NCBI GenBank assembly: GCA_049280815.1
Contig: JBAPQW010000041.1
Coordinates: forward strand, 29,031 to 93,030
Origin: Verrucomicrobiia bacterium
GTDB taxonomy: Bacteria; Verrucomicrobiota; Verrucomicrobiia; Limisphaerales; UBA11358
Reading direction: 5' to 3'
Length of the DNA stretch: 64,000 nucleotides
The notes beneath the pieces are model-generated. The model saw nothing but the letters and a program-made list of their open reading frames with translations. It did not search any database and was not told the DNA's origin. Below, in pieces: positions 1 through 9,090 of this stretch (its first letter is position 1; each line of letters starts with the position of its first letter). Position numbers and translations under genes: made by a program.

Positions 1-872
1 CGGCCAATCTTGTCCGACAACAATCCGGCGCCGATGCGGCCGCAGGCGTTGCCGATGGCCATCACCGCCACGGCAAGGTACGCCGCCTCACCCATGCTCT
101 TCTTCGCCATGCCGCTGACGCTGCCAATAACCATCAGGCCCGCACCTGCACCGATGAAGTAAATCACCCACAACAGATAGAAACCCGGCGTTTGCAGGAT
201 TTCGCCCGGAGTGCTGCTGGCGGCTGCGCGTTCCGGGGCGGCATCGGCGTTGGCGGGTGGCGTGCCGGCGACGTAGCCCAACGGCGGGTTGCGCAGCAGT
301 TGCGCCAAGCCGCATACGATAACTGTGAAGACGATGCCGAGCATCAGCATCGTGGCCTTTACCTGATAATGGCCCAACAGGTATTGCGACACCGGCGAGA
401 GATAGACCGGCGCCAGCCCAAACCCCGCAACGACCAGGCCAGCAATGAGGCCGGTTTTCGCCGGCGGAAACCATTTCAGCGCTGGCGGCGTGGCGGACGA
501 ATAACCGAAACCGAGGCCGAGGCCAACCAGCAAGCCAAAGCCTAGCAGCCACACGCCGTAGCCGTTTGTGGTTGAGCAGAGCACGAACCCCGCTCCCACG
601 AGCAGGCCGCCAATGGACGCGGTGAGGCGCGGGCCGAATTTGTCCTGGCAGCGCCCGGCGAGGATCATCGTAAACGCAAACACCAGGCAGCAGAGGGCGT
701 AGGGATCGTTGAGCTGCGAGCCCTGCCAGCCGAATTCCTTCTCGATGGCACCTTTGAACATGCTCCACGTGTAAAGGATGCCGAGGGCCAGGTTGATGCC
801 CGTGCCGGAAAAGGTTACCACCCAGCCCCGACTCGTCGAGGGAGCCTTGGAAAGCGTTAAGGTGTCACTCAT
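1..872 (-). CDS. MFS transporter, oxalate/formate antiporter (OFA)-like, 3' end cut by window edge
   Basis: Not in the ORF track because it runs off the window. My translation of the minus strand from the ATG at 872 gives MSDTLTLSKAPSTSRGWVVTFSGTGINLALGILYTWSMFKGAIEKEFGWQGSQLNDPYALCCLVFAFTMILAGRCQDKFGPRL..., with multiple TM helices typical of OFA-family MFS. The track ORF 88..768 is another frame of the same DNA. Confidence 0.7.
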   Translation of the reverse strand, partial: MSDTLTLSKAPSTSRGWVVTFSGTGINLALGILYTWSMFKGAIEKEFGWQGSQLNDPYALCCLVFAFTMILAGRCQDKFGPRLTASIGGLLVGAGFVLCSTTNGYGVWLLGFGLLVGLGLGFGYSSATPPALKWFPPAKTGLIAGLVVAGFGLAPVYLSPVSQYLLGHYQVKATMLMLGIVFTVIVCGLAQLLRNPPLGYVAGTPPANADAAPERAAASSTPGEILQTPGFYLLWVIYFIGAGAGLMVIGSVSGMAKKSMGEAAYLAVAVMAIGNACGRIGAGLLSDKIG

Positions 873-984
873 GATTGAGCATTTTCTGGTTCAAATTTCA
901 GTACTTAGTATTCACCGTTCAGTGTCAGCCTTCAGGTCGCTGCTTACTGATCACCGCCACTCGCCTCGGCTTTCACCTCTCAAG

Positions 985-1746
985 CTACTGGCCCAGATGT
1001 TCGAGGGCTTTGACCAGTGGCGCGCTGGAAACCTTGATCATGCCATCCAACGGACGGCTCATCTCCAGGATGAGAAAAATGGCGCCCGACACCGACAACG
1101 CGCAGATGAGCAGCACCAGGATCACCGTTGCATTGCGAGGGGCGAACAAGCCAAAGCTGGTGTGCAGCATGGTGAGCCAGAAAAGCAACACCACGAGAAA
1201 CGGCGTTGGCAGGACGTTTTGCGCCTGCTCAATCACCAGCCAGCGGGCTTGCGCCAGATCGCCGGCAATCTGCTGTGCCTGCAAAAGCAACTGGCGCTGG
1301 GAGTCGGTGGCCGGCTTGAGTTCGCGCATTTGCATCTGGACCGTCTCCATCCCGTTCATCCGCTCGAAACCGGCTAATCCTGACACTCCCGTTTTCACCC
1401 CTGGCCACATCATTTCGATCCCGGCGGCGACGACGTGCCGCAACTGTTCGCGGACGGCTTTGGGCTCGGGGTCATAATTCGCCAGCACGCGATCCAGGAG
1501 GATGATTTTCGCGCCGCCTTGGGTGATCTCGGCATTCATGGTGTCAAACGAGCTTTTGGCCGAACTCACGAGCAAGCCCAGGACCAGCGCCGACAGCGTG
1601 GCTATCATGCCGGCCCCGAGCTTCACGGTGTCCTTGGAATCGTTGCTCAAATGATGGCCGGGCAGCAGGGAGCGCAAACCCAGGCCGAGCAGCACCCCGC
1701 CAAAGATGCACCCCGCGCTGATCAAAGCCACGGTCAGTGAATTCAT
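985..1746 (-). CDS. DUF4239-like membrane protein
   Basis: 253 aa with N-terminal and C-terminal TM helices flanking a helical soluble region. The start ATG shares one nucleotide with the acs stop (TAATG). Confidence 0.55.
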   Translation of the reverse strand: MNSLTVALISAGCIFGGVLLGLGLRSLLPGHHLSNDSKDTVKLGAGMIATLSALVLGLLVSSAKSSFDTMNAEITQGGAKIILLDRVLANYDPEPKAVREQLRHVVAAGIEMMWPGVKTGVSGLAGFERMNGMETVQMQMRELKPATDSQRQLLLQAQQIAGDLAQARWLVIEQAQNVLPTPFLVVLLFWLTMLHTSFGLFAPRNATVILVLLICALSVSGAIFLILEMSRPLDGMIKVSSAPLVKALEHLGQ

Positions 1747-3728
1747 TACTGCTTCCCCTTCACCAGCGCCTCCACCACCTGCGAATCCGCCAGCGTCGAG
1801 ACGTCGCCGATCTGATCGGTCTGGTTCTCGGCAATCTTGCGCAAAATGCGGCGCATGATCTTGCCCGACCGCGTTTTCGGCAGTCCCGGCGCAAATTGGA
1901 TCTTGTCCGGCACTGCAATCGCCCCGATTTCCTTGCGGACGTGCGCCGCGAGTTCCCTTTTCAACTCCTCGCTTTCATGGATGCCGTCCTTGAGCGTCAC
2001 GAAGGCGTAGAGGGCCTGACCCTTGATGTCGTGCGGCATGGGCGCGACGGCGGCCTCGGCCACTTTCGGATGGCTCACCAGCGCGCTTTCCACCTCCGCC
2101 GTGCCGATGCGATGGCCGGACACATTCACCACGTCGTCGACGCGCCCGAGCAGCCAGTAATCGCCGTCGGCATCCACGCGGCAGCCGTCGCCGGTGAAAT
2201 ACATGTTCTTGAACGTGCAGAAATAGGTGTTCACGAAACGGTCATGATCGCCCCAGGTGGTGCGCATGATGCCGGGCCACGGTTTCTTGAGGCACAACTT
2301 GCCGCCTTCGTTTGGTGCGCATTCCGTGTTGTCGTCGCGCAACACCACCGGTTCAATGCCGAAGAACGGACGGCTGGCACTGCCGGGTTTCAACGTGTTG
2401 ACGCCCGGTAATGGCGTGATGAGATGTCCGCCGGTCTCCGTCTGCCACCAGGTATCCACAATCGGGCAACGGCCGAGGCCAATGTTCCGGTGATACCACA
2501 TCCACGCCTCGGGATTGATGGGTTCGCCAACCGTGCCGAGCACGCGCAGCGAGCTCAGGTTGTGTTTGGCCGGCCATTCGTCTCCCAGCCGGATGAGCGC
2601 GCGGATGGCCGTCGGCGCAGTGTAAAACGCGGTGACCTTGAATTTCTCGACAATTTTCCAGAGCCGTCCCGCGTCGGGGTATGTCGGGATGCCCTCGAAC
2701 ATCAGCGTCGTTCCGCCGTTGCACAGCGGGCCGTAAACGACGTAGCTGTGGCCCGTCACCCAGCCGATGTCGGCGGTGCAGAAATAGACGTCGTCGTCAT
2801 GGATGTCGAAGACGTATTTGTGCGTGAGCGCCGACCACAACAAATAGCCGGCGGTGCTGTGAACCACGCCCTTGGGTTTGCCGGTGGAACCGGACGTGTA
2901 CAGGATGAACAGGAAATCCTCGGCCTTCATCGGCTCGGGCGGACATTCAGGCGAGGCCTTTGCCATCAGGTCGTGATACCACACGTCGCGGCCGGCGACG
3001 ATGTTGCAGGCTTCACTGTTGCGCTGGACGACGACGACCTTCTCGATGGTCGGTGTTTTCTTCAACGCCTCGTCGGCGATGCTTTTGAGCGGGATGCTCT
3101 TGCCGCCGCGCAACGAGACGTTCGCGGTGATGAGCAGCTTGCAGGTGGAATCATTGATGCGGTCGCTGAGGGAATCCGCGCTGAATCCGCCAAACACGAC
3201 GGAATGGATCGCGCCGATGCGCGCGCAGGCGAGCAGGGCGACGGCGGCCTCGGGAATCATCGGCATGTAGATCGCCACCCGGTCGCCCTTTTTGATACCC
3301 AGCGATTTCAACCCGTTGGCGAACCGGCAAACCTTCGCGTGCAATTCCGCATAGGTGATTTGTTGCACGTCCTCTTCCGGCTCGCCCTGCCAGATGATGG
3401 CAATCTTGTCGCGCGTGGCGGTTTTGAGGTGGCGATCGAGACAATTGACCGTGACATTGAGCTGGCCGTCCTCGAACCAGGTGTGCTGGATTTTTCGGGC
3501 GTCGGTGTCCCAGGTATATTTGCCGGCGACGGTCGGCGGCTTGAACCAGTCGAGCGTGGCGGCCTGCTCCAGCCAGAAGGCATCCGGCTCGCGGAGGGAC
3601 CGCAGGTAAAGCGCGGTGAACTGGGCGGCATTGAGGTGCGCGCGTTTGAGGGTTTCGGGCGACGGCGGGAACGTGCGGTTCTCCTGCAACAGGGAATCCG
3701 TCGAAATGGTTTTATTTGGCATGGTCAT
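1746..3728 (-). CDS. acs: acetyl-CoA synthetase (AMP-forming)
   Basis: Motifs [20 protein letters not shown] and the C-terminal [13 protein letters not shown] are present. The start was moved to MTMPNKT (ATG at 3728) because the upstream 92 codons of the track ORF translate a REP-like repeat. Confidence 0.95.
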   Translation of the reverse strand: MTMPNKTISTDSLLQENRTFPPSPETLKRAHLNAAQFTALYLRSLREPDAFWLEQAATLDWFKPPTVAGKYTWDTDARKIQHTWFEDGQLNVTVNCLDRHLKTATRDKIAIIWQGEPEEDVQQITYAELHAKVCRFANGLKSLGIKKGDRVAIYMPMIPEAAVALLACARIGAIHSVVFGGFSADSLSDRINDSTCKLLITANVSLRGGKSIPLKSIADEALKKTPTIEKVVVVQRNSEACNIVAGRDVWYHDLMAKASPECPPEPMKAEDFLFILYTSGSTGKPKGVVHSTAGYLLWSALTHKYVFDIHDDDVYFCTADIGWVTGHSYVVYGPLCNGGTTLMFEGIPTYPDAGRLWKIVEKFKVTAFYTAPTAIRALIRLGDEWPAKHNLSSLRVLGTVGEPINPEAWMWYHRNIGLGRCPIVDTWWQTETGGHLITPLPGVNTLKPGSASRPFFGIEPVVLRDDNTECAPNEGGKLCLKKPWPGIMRTTWGDHDRFVNTYFCTFKNMYFTGDGCRVDADGDYWLLGRVDDVVNVSGHRIGTAEVESALVSHPKVAEAAVAPMPHDIKGQALYAFVTLKDGIHESEELKRELAAHVRKEIGAIAVPDKIQFAPGLPKTRSGKIMRRILRKIAENQTDQIGDVSTLADSQVVEALVKGKQ

Positions 3729-3880
3729 GGCGCGCCAGTCGCGTGAGGCAACGCCTATTACGCGGATTGGCTTCCCCGCATTTGGGCAAAACTGATTCCA
3801 TCTGTCAATTCCACTGATGCCGCCGAAGGTACTCAATTTGCCAGGGTCGGGATGCCGCGCTGGTCTGCGGCGTCCACGCC

Positions 3881-3968
3881 CGCGTGCAGCGGGCGGAACG
3901 GCCTTGCTTCCCTGTGCGCCGCTGAATGCGGCGCGGTCATCACCGCGCGATGACCCTGCCTCAAAATC
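3881..3968. repeat. REP-like triple-hairpin element, copy 1
   Basis: Three consecutive stem-loops: cgcccgc/gcgggcg, gcgccgc/gcggcgc and ggtcatc/gatgacc. The element closely matches 17855-17947. Confidence 0.7.
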
Positions 3969-4004
3969 TAAATGAGTCGCCACCGATGCCAAGGTCTGCC
4001 GCAC

Positions 4005-4982
4005 TCACATGACCCGGTCCAGCAGCGGTTCGCCGCCGATAAAGCGGACAAAGTTTTTGAGAAAATGGCGCACCAGGGTCTTGGTTTCGTCAAGGTGTCC
4101 GCCCGCCACGTGCGGGGTGATGAAGCAATTGGGCTCCGCCCATAGCGGGTGATCGTCCGGCAGGGGTTCCGGTTCGGTCACATCCAGCCAGGCCGCCTTG
4201 ATGCGACCGGAACGCAGGGCCGCCAGCAAGGCATCCTGATCCACCGTCGAACCCCGCCCGAGGTTGTAGAAAATCGCTCCCGGCTTGAGGGTCGCAAAAC
4301 GGGTGGCGTTGAAGAAGTGGCGCGACTCCGGATTATCCGGGAGGATGCTGACGATGTGGTCGGCCTCATGGGCCAGCGTGTGGGCCAGCCGGTCTTCCGT
4401 GACGACCGGCACGCCTTCATCCCCCCGCGCTTTTCGACGATAGGCGATGAGCTTCATTTCGAAGGGGCGAAGCATTTCGACCAGTCGTCTGCCAATCGCC
4501 CCGTAACCCAGGATCAAAACGGTTTGTCCGCGGAGCGGAATGCAGGAACTGCGCAGGGCGCGCCAGGCCTCGGTGCCATTGGCGGTCCGGGTCCGGAGGG
4601 CCTCCGGCAAATTTCTCGCCTGGGCCAGCATGAAGCTCAGGCCCTGGGTGGCGCACGCCTCGTTATAAACGCTCGCGCTGTTGCTCACCGGGATTTTGCG
4701 CCGGGCCATGAGCGCCCGAAACTCCGGGTTGTCATAGCGGGTGATGCCCGACGAACTGACATGGATCCATTTCAGTTGACCGGCCTCGGCAATCGACTCG
4801 AGATCGGGCTGGCCAAACGCGACATCCACCGTGGCGAATTGCGGATCCCGCTCGGCCTTGGCCAGGACGGAGGATGCGGCCGTTTTGGGAAAAACGAGTT
4901 GATGCCCGCGGGTTCCCTCCTGCAGCATTTCCAAAATTTCCGGGGGTGTGGCAAAATCCACAAAGATTCGAAGTTTATTCAT
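4005..4982 (-). CDS. D-isomer-specific 2-hydroxyacid dehydrogenase (NAD-binding)
   Basis: Rossmann motif GYGAIGRRLVEML, catalytic-region RGSTVDQDAL and PHVAGG. Confidence 0.85.
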   Translation of the reverse strand: MNKLRIFVDFATPPEILEMLQEGTRGHQLVFPKTAASSVLAKAERDPQFATVDVAFGQPDLESIAEAGQLKWIHVSSSGITRYDNPEFRALMARRKIPVSNSASVYNEACATQGLSFMLAQARNLPEALRTRTANGTEAWRALRSSCIPLRGQTVLILGYGAIGRRLVEMLRPFEMKLIAYRRKARGDEGVPVVTEDRLAHTLAHEADHIVSILPDNPESRHFFNATRFATLKPGAIFYNLGRGSTVDQDALLAALRSGRIKAAWLDVTEPEPLPDDHPLWAEPNCFITPHVAGGHLDETKTLVRHFLKNFVRFIGGEPLLDRVM

Positions 4983-5112
4983 GGTCTCCTGCGTAAAGTC
5001 TCATTCAATTTCCATTCCTCTGCTTAAATGAAAGCATCCCGCCTGGCCACCACAAAACTGCAGCCGCGCTCCGTAAATTTCCCCAGGCAATCTCCTCGGG
5101 AAACGAATTCTG

Positions 5113-5508
5113 TCAATGCTTGCGCGGAAAATGCTCCGCCAGCAGGTCGCCGGCCTTTTGCACGCCGTGGAGGATGCCGGGCGTGAATTCGGCTTTGCGA
5201 AAGTAGCCGGTCATGGCGTCCGCCAGCTTCCGCCAGAATTCAGCACCACACTTCGCATGGACGGCTTCATCGCCGATGACGGCAAACTTATGCGCGCGCG
5301 GGGCCACAAAAATCAGCACGCCGTTCCGTTCCGGAGACTGGTTCATGCCCAGGCGCAGGAATTCGGCCTGCGCGGCGGCGACCGGGTCGTCGATGTGTTT
5401 ATGGCTGATGCTGACCCGGATTGCGCCTGTGGTCTTGTGTTCGGCATCCCGGATCGCCGCGACAATGTTGTCGTGTTGCAAATGTTTGGCGAAGGCGTCT
5501 GGGGGCAT
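5113..5508 (-). CDS. TPM-domain protein (TLP18.3/Psb32/MOLO-1 family phosphatase-like)
   Basis: 131 aa. NGVLIFVAPRAHKFAVIGD and the following helix are typical of the TPM fold. It sits next to a second TPM gene and lemA. Confidence 0.7.
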   Translation of the reverse strand: MPPDAFAKHLQHDNIVAAIRDAEHKTTGAIRVSISHKHIDDPVAAAQAEFLRLGMNQSPERNGVLIFVAPRAHKFAVIGDEAVHAKCGAEFWRKLADAMTGYFRKAEFTPGILHGVQKAGDLLAEHFPRKH

Positions 5509-5511
5509 ACG

Positions 5512-6273
5512 TTACCAGCTCCCTCCCGCGCCGCCGCCGCCGAAGCTGCCGCCGCCGCCTGAAAATCCTCCACCAGAAAAGCCGCCACCGCCCGAAAAAC
5601 CTCCGCCACCAGACGAACCGCCGCCCGACCAACCACCGCCCCAATATTGTATGCCGCCAGCCCGGTATCCCCGGCTGCGGAGAGACAGGATGATGACCAC
5701 CACGATGATCAGGAAAAAAAATGGGACGAGTCCATTGCCGCCATGATGGGCATAGGCCACATGGCCTTCCGCCACCGTCGTCCCGGTTCCCTTGTATTCG
5801 CCCTTCGTCGCCGCGAGGATGGCCTGCACCCCCGCCGTCAAACCGCCATCGAAATCACCGGCCTTGAAACGCGGGGTAATCTGCTCATCAATGATCCGCT
5901 TGCAAAGCGCGTCAGGCAGGACGCCCTCGAGTCCGTAGCCGACCTCCAGAAACATTTTATGGTCCTGCACGAAAACAAAAAGCACCGCCCCGTTGTTTTT
6001 ACCCTTTTGACCCGCCTGCCACGAACGCGCCACGCGCACGGTGTAATCTTCAATGGAGGAGTCCGACTGCATCTTCGGAAAAACGGCCACCACGATCTGA
6101 TCGGAGCTCTGGCGCTCGAAGTTTTCGAGGGTTTGGTTCAATTGCGCCACCGTGCCGGAGGAGACGACGTGGGCGTAGTCGTTGAAATAGGCTGCCGGCG
6201 CGGGCGGGATGACTTCATCCGCGAACAGCCGGAAGCCGAAAACCAGCGCCAGGATGATGCAGAAGTGTCGCAC
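5512..6273 (-). CDS. TPM-domain protein (YgcG-like) with TM helix and Gly-rich tail
   Basis: Signal peptide, NGAVLFVFVQDHKMFLEVGYGLEG, one TM helix, and the tail GGGWSGGGSSGGGGFSGGGGFSGGGFSGGGG. Confidence 0.8.
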   Translation of the reverse strand: MRHFCIILALVFGFRLFADEVIPPAPAAYFNDYAHVVSSGTVAQLNQTLENFERQSSDQIVVAVFPKMQSDSSIEDYTVRVARSWQAGQKGKNNGAVLFVFVQDHKMFLEVGYGLEGVLPDALCKRIIDEQITPRFKAGDFDGGLTAGVQAILAATKGEYKGTGTTVAEGHVAYAHHGGNGLVPFFFLIIVVVIILSLRSRGYRAGGIQYWGGGWSGGGSSGGGGFSGGGGFSGGGFSGGGGSFGGGGAGGSW

Positions 6274-6276
6274 GGC

Positions 6277-6924
6277 TTAAGGGTTGGCGGCTGCGGGTGC
6301 CGCCGCTGGTTTGTTGAAATCGAACTGGACCTTGGGCGGCGTCTCGGCGCCGGCAGTGGCGGTGAAATATGGTTTCTCGTGGAAGCCAAACGCTGCGGCG
6401 TAAAACACTGCCGGAAACGATTTGATGGCGGTGTCATAAGCCTGAACCGCCGTGTTGAAATCCCGGCGCTCGACGCTGATGCGGTTTTCCGTGCCCTCCA
6501 GCTGTGCCTGCAGCTCGCGGAAGTTCTCCGTCGCCTTCAAATCCGGATACCGCTCCACCACGACCAGCAAGCGGGACAAGGCTGACGAAAGCTGGCCTTG
6601 GGCCGATTCAAACGCCGCCAGCTTGGCGGGATCGCTTGGGGCGGAATTGGGGTCAAGCTTCACCTGTCCCACCGAGGCCCGGGCTGCGGTGATTTCCGTG
6701 AGCGTGGATTTCTCGAAATTGGCCGCGCCGGAGACGGTGGCGACGAGGTTGGGGATGAGATCGGCCCGGCGTTGATAGACGTTTTGCACCTGTGCCCATT
6801 GGCTGTCCACGGCCTGTGACAGTTTGACGAGATGGTTGTAACTCGCGCCCGCCGCCAGGATAATAAACAACGCGAGCAGACCGAGCACGACCAGAACACC
6901 GAGAATAATGGCGATTTTTTTCAT
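6277..6924 (-). CDS. lemA: LemA family protein
   Basis: N-terminal TM helix followed by YNHLVKLSQAVDSQWAQVQNVYQRRADLIPNLV, the canonical LemA signature. Confidence 0.9.
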   Translation of the reverse strand: MKKIAIILGVLVVLGLLALFIILAAGASYNHLVKLSQAVDSQWAQVQNVYQRRADLIPNLVATVSGAANFEKSTLTEITAARASVGQVKLDPNSAPSDPAKLAAFESAQGQLSSALSRLLVVVERYPDLKATENFRELQAQLEGTENRISVERRDFNTAVQAYDTAIKSFPAVFYAAAFGFHEKPYFTATAGAETPPKVQFDFNKPAAAPAAANP

Positions 6925-7179
6925 AGTGACCGTCCCACTTTAACTTTCTTCTGACGGCTCACAATTACAAAATTTGCCGTTGTCCGTAATCACGTGCGTT
7001 CCCACTTCCAGCGCGTCGGGTCGGAATCAGATGATCCACTTGAAGCGGCGAGCAGCGATCGATCATAGCTCACGGTGCAACCGTGGGTTTTCAACCGCAA
7101 ACCGTCCAAGCCCCAGAAAGGTGCGAAAGAAGCGTTTGGCCTCCGGCGCGAACACGGCAACCCGTTTTTAAAAACAGCC

Positions 7180-8910
7180 CTAGTTTCTCAACCGGAAGAA
7201 CAGGGAACCGGTGGATTTGCTGAGCGTCACACTATTTGTCCCGCCGCGGCTGTTCACCGGCCCGGTGTAATCGCCCCAGTTGGTCGTCGTCAAATCAGCG
7301 TTGGTTTGCAGGACAAATCCCGCCGCGGAAGTCGGCCACGACACGACGACGTTGTCCAACACCGTGGGGTTGTCCGGCGGGTCGGCGAGCATGAGGAACA
7401 GGGTTGGCGGAGCGGAGGGCGATCCGGAACTGGTCAACACCGGATTGAAGGATACGGAATTGGATCCCGCCACCCCATCAATCATGTAGGTTCCCGTGAA
7501 ATCAAACGGCTGGTTGCCGAACTGTGAAGCGCAAACCAGGATGTTGCTTTGCTGGGTGGCGATGCCGTCGGCTGACGTGCCATCCGGCCACCAGGCGTTG
7601 CCGGAACCGCACGTGATGATTTCATTTACCAATTGAGTCGCCGGACCGTTGGTAACGTAAGTGTTCTGGCCGTTGGGACCGTAAATAATTCCCAGATAAA
7701 CGGGACTGGCGCTGCCGGTGTTCAAACCCGAGTACGCGTAAGGCACGGGCGAGTAGGTCCAATCCAGCGTGTTGCTGGGATCCGTCGAGTTCATAATGAA
7801 CGACAACTGCGCGATGGAGATAAGATTCGTGCCACCCTTGATATCCATACCAAACGTCAGCCGGTTGCCCAGTTCCTGGGCGAACGCCGGGCCAAAAGCG
7901 GTGCCGGGATCGGCGACTCCCATCCACGACGGGAAACTGGTCGCCAGATTGTTGGTTACCGAAATCGCATTCGTTATTTGCTGATAGAAGGTCGGCGACG
8001 ACGGATCGCCAGACGAGGAAAATCCGTTGAGGATGGCGGTGACGGCATTGGAAGCCCAGGCGTTCCAACTGGGTGAACCCCACCGGTTCGGTGCCAGGGC
8101 GGGAAAGACCGAGATGCTGATGCCTCCGGTTCCCAAGATCGGGCCGGCACTGGGCGCCACTGGATTGAGCGTTACGGAATTGGATCCCGACACCCCGTCA
8201 ATTGTGTAGGTTCCGGTGAAATCAAAGGGCTGGTCGCTAATCTGCGTAGCGGCGAGCACCAGGTTGCTTTGCTGGCTGGCAATGTCCCCAGACGTGTCAT
8301 ACACCGCCCAGGCATTGCCGGAGCCACGACCCACGAGCTCATTGACCAGTTGCGTCGCCGGGCCGCTGGTGACGTAGGTATTGGTGCCGCCGGGACCGTA
8401 GATGATGCCGACATAGGATTGACTATAGTTGTAGGAGCCCTCCGCGAAGGCAAAATCGAGCGTATTGCTCGGGTCGGTGGAATGCGCGCTGAAGGCCAAT
8501 TGCGAAATGGAGATCAGGTTGGTCCCGCCTTTGATGTCGATGCCGAACTGGAGCCGGTTGCCCAACTCCTGGGAAAAGCTGGCGCCGAAAACATTACCCG
8601 GATCGGCCAGGCCGTTCCACGACGGAAAACCGGTCACGAGGTCATTCGTTATTGAAATCACCCCAGGCGCCCATTGGTAATAGCTGGGTGACGACGGGTC
8701 GCCATACGACGAATAGCCATTGGCGATGGCGGTGGTGGCGTTGGAGACCCAGGCGTTCCAATTGGGCGAACCATAGACATTGGGTGCCAGGGCGGGAACG
8801 ACCGAGATGGTGATTCCCTGGGCCTGCACCGGGGAGAGGGAAGGTGTCGCAAGCACGGTCAATAAAATGCCGCCAACAATCAAACGACGGGCTGAAGTCA
8901 TCGGTAACAT
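7180..8910 (-). CDS. secreted protein P1: two tandem ~245-aa repeats of an unrecognised domain plus a FFRL-type C-terminal domain
   Basis: Signal peptide ending VQAQG. The internal duplication runs ITISVVPALAPNVYGSPNWNAW... and ISISVFPALAPNRWGSPSWNAW.... The C-terminus is VVVSWPTSAAGFVLQTNADLTTTNW...SLFFRLRN. Confidence 0.8.
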   Translation of the reverse strand: MLPMTSARRLIVGGILLTVLATPSLSPVQAQGITISVVPALAPNVYGSPNWNAWVSNATTAIANGYSSYGDPSSPSYYQWAPGVISITNDLVTGFPSWNGLADPGNVFGASFSQELGNRLQFGIDIKGGTNLISISQLAFSAHSTDPSNTLDFAFAEGSYNYSQSYVGIIYGPGGTNTYVTSGPATQLVNELVGRGSGNAWAVYDTSGDIASQQSNLVLAATQISDQPFDFTGTYTIDGVSGSNSVTLNPVAPSAGPILGTGGISISVFPALAPNRWGSPSWNAWASNAVTAILNGFSSSGDPSSPTFYQQITNAISVTNNLATSFPSWMGVADPGTAFGPAFAQELGNRLTFGMDIKGGTNLISIAQLSFIMNSTDPSNTLDWTYSPVPYAYSGLNTGSASPVYLGIIYGPNGQNTYVTNGPATQLVNEIITCGSGNAWWPDGTSADGIATQQSNILVCASQFGNQPFDFTGTYMIDGVAGSNSVSFNPVLTSSGSPSAPPTLFLMLADPPDNPTVLDNVVVSWPTSAAGFVLQTNADLTTTNWGDYTGPVNSRGGTNSVTLSKSTGSLFFRLRN

Positions 8911-8919
8911 CGTGCAAGA

Positions 8920-9012
8920 TATTTAACAGAAGCGGGCAAAAACGTAATGAATTAGGGACATATTGCGGGAATCGAGGGGCGAATTGCTCCCGGTGGGGGA
9001 CGGAGCGGGGCG
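8920..9012 (-). promoter_or_regulatory. conserved upstream element E1 (promoter/operator candidate)
   Basis: The plus-strand core TATTTAACAGAAGCGGGCAAAAACGTAATGAATTAGGGACATATTGCGGGAATCGAGGGG is shared with 12273-12366, 36042-36135 and 13274-13349. It lies directly 5' of the P1 start codon. Confidence 0.65.
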
Positions 9013-9090
9013 GTAAACTCCAGAGGCCAACTTCCCAAGGCCAAAGTGTTTTAGGATGGCGATCTTGTTTCAGCCTTTGGCCTTCAGTCT

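Noticed and set aside
88-768. 226-aa minus-strand ORF at the window start (also 192-545 plus strand).
   Set aside because: It is Arg/Pro-rich nonsense. A different minus-strand frame reads through the whole region as a convincing MFS transporter starting at 872.
3729-4004. 92-codon N-terminal extension of acs in the track ORF 1746-4004.
   Set aside because: The extension translates the REP-like hairpin element (..[16 protein letters not shown]..). The canonical Acs N-terminus begins at MTMPNKT.
5714-5721. A8/T8 homopolymer inside the TPM gene as a phase-variation tract (also A7 at 6916-6922 and T7 near 18296).
   Set aside because: They simply encode PFFF, MKK or QKN. The lengths are at the low end for slippage, and nothing else suggests contingency-locus behaviour.
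8950-9012. G-quadruplex potential of the phased G-tracts on the plus strand of the element (GGG-N9-GGG-N6-GGGG-N15-GGGGG-N7-GGGG in E1).
   Set aside because: The loops are long and differ between copies, and E2 breaks one tract (GCAGGA). This is not supportable without biophysical data. The tracts are more simply explained as protein-binding repeats.
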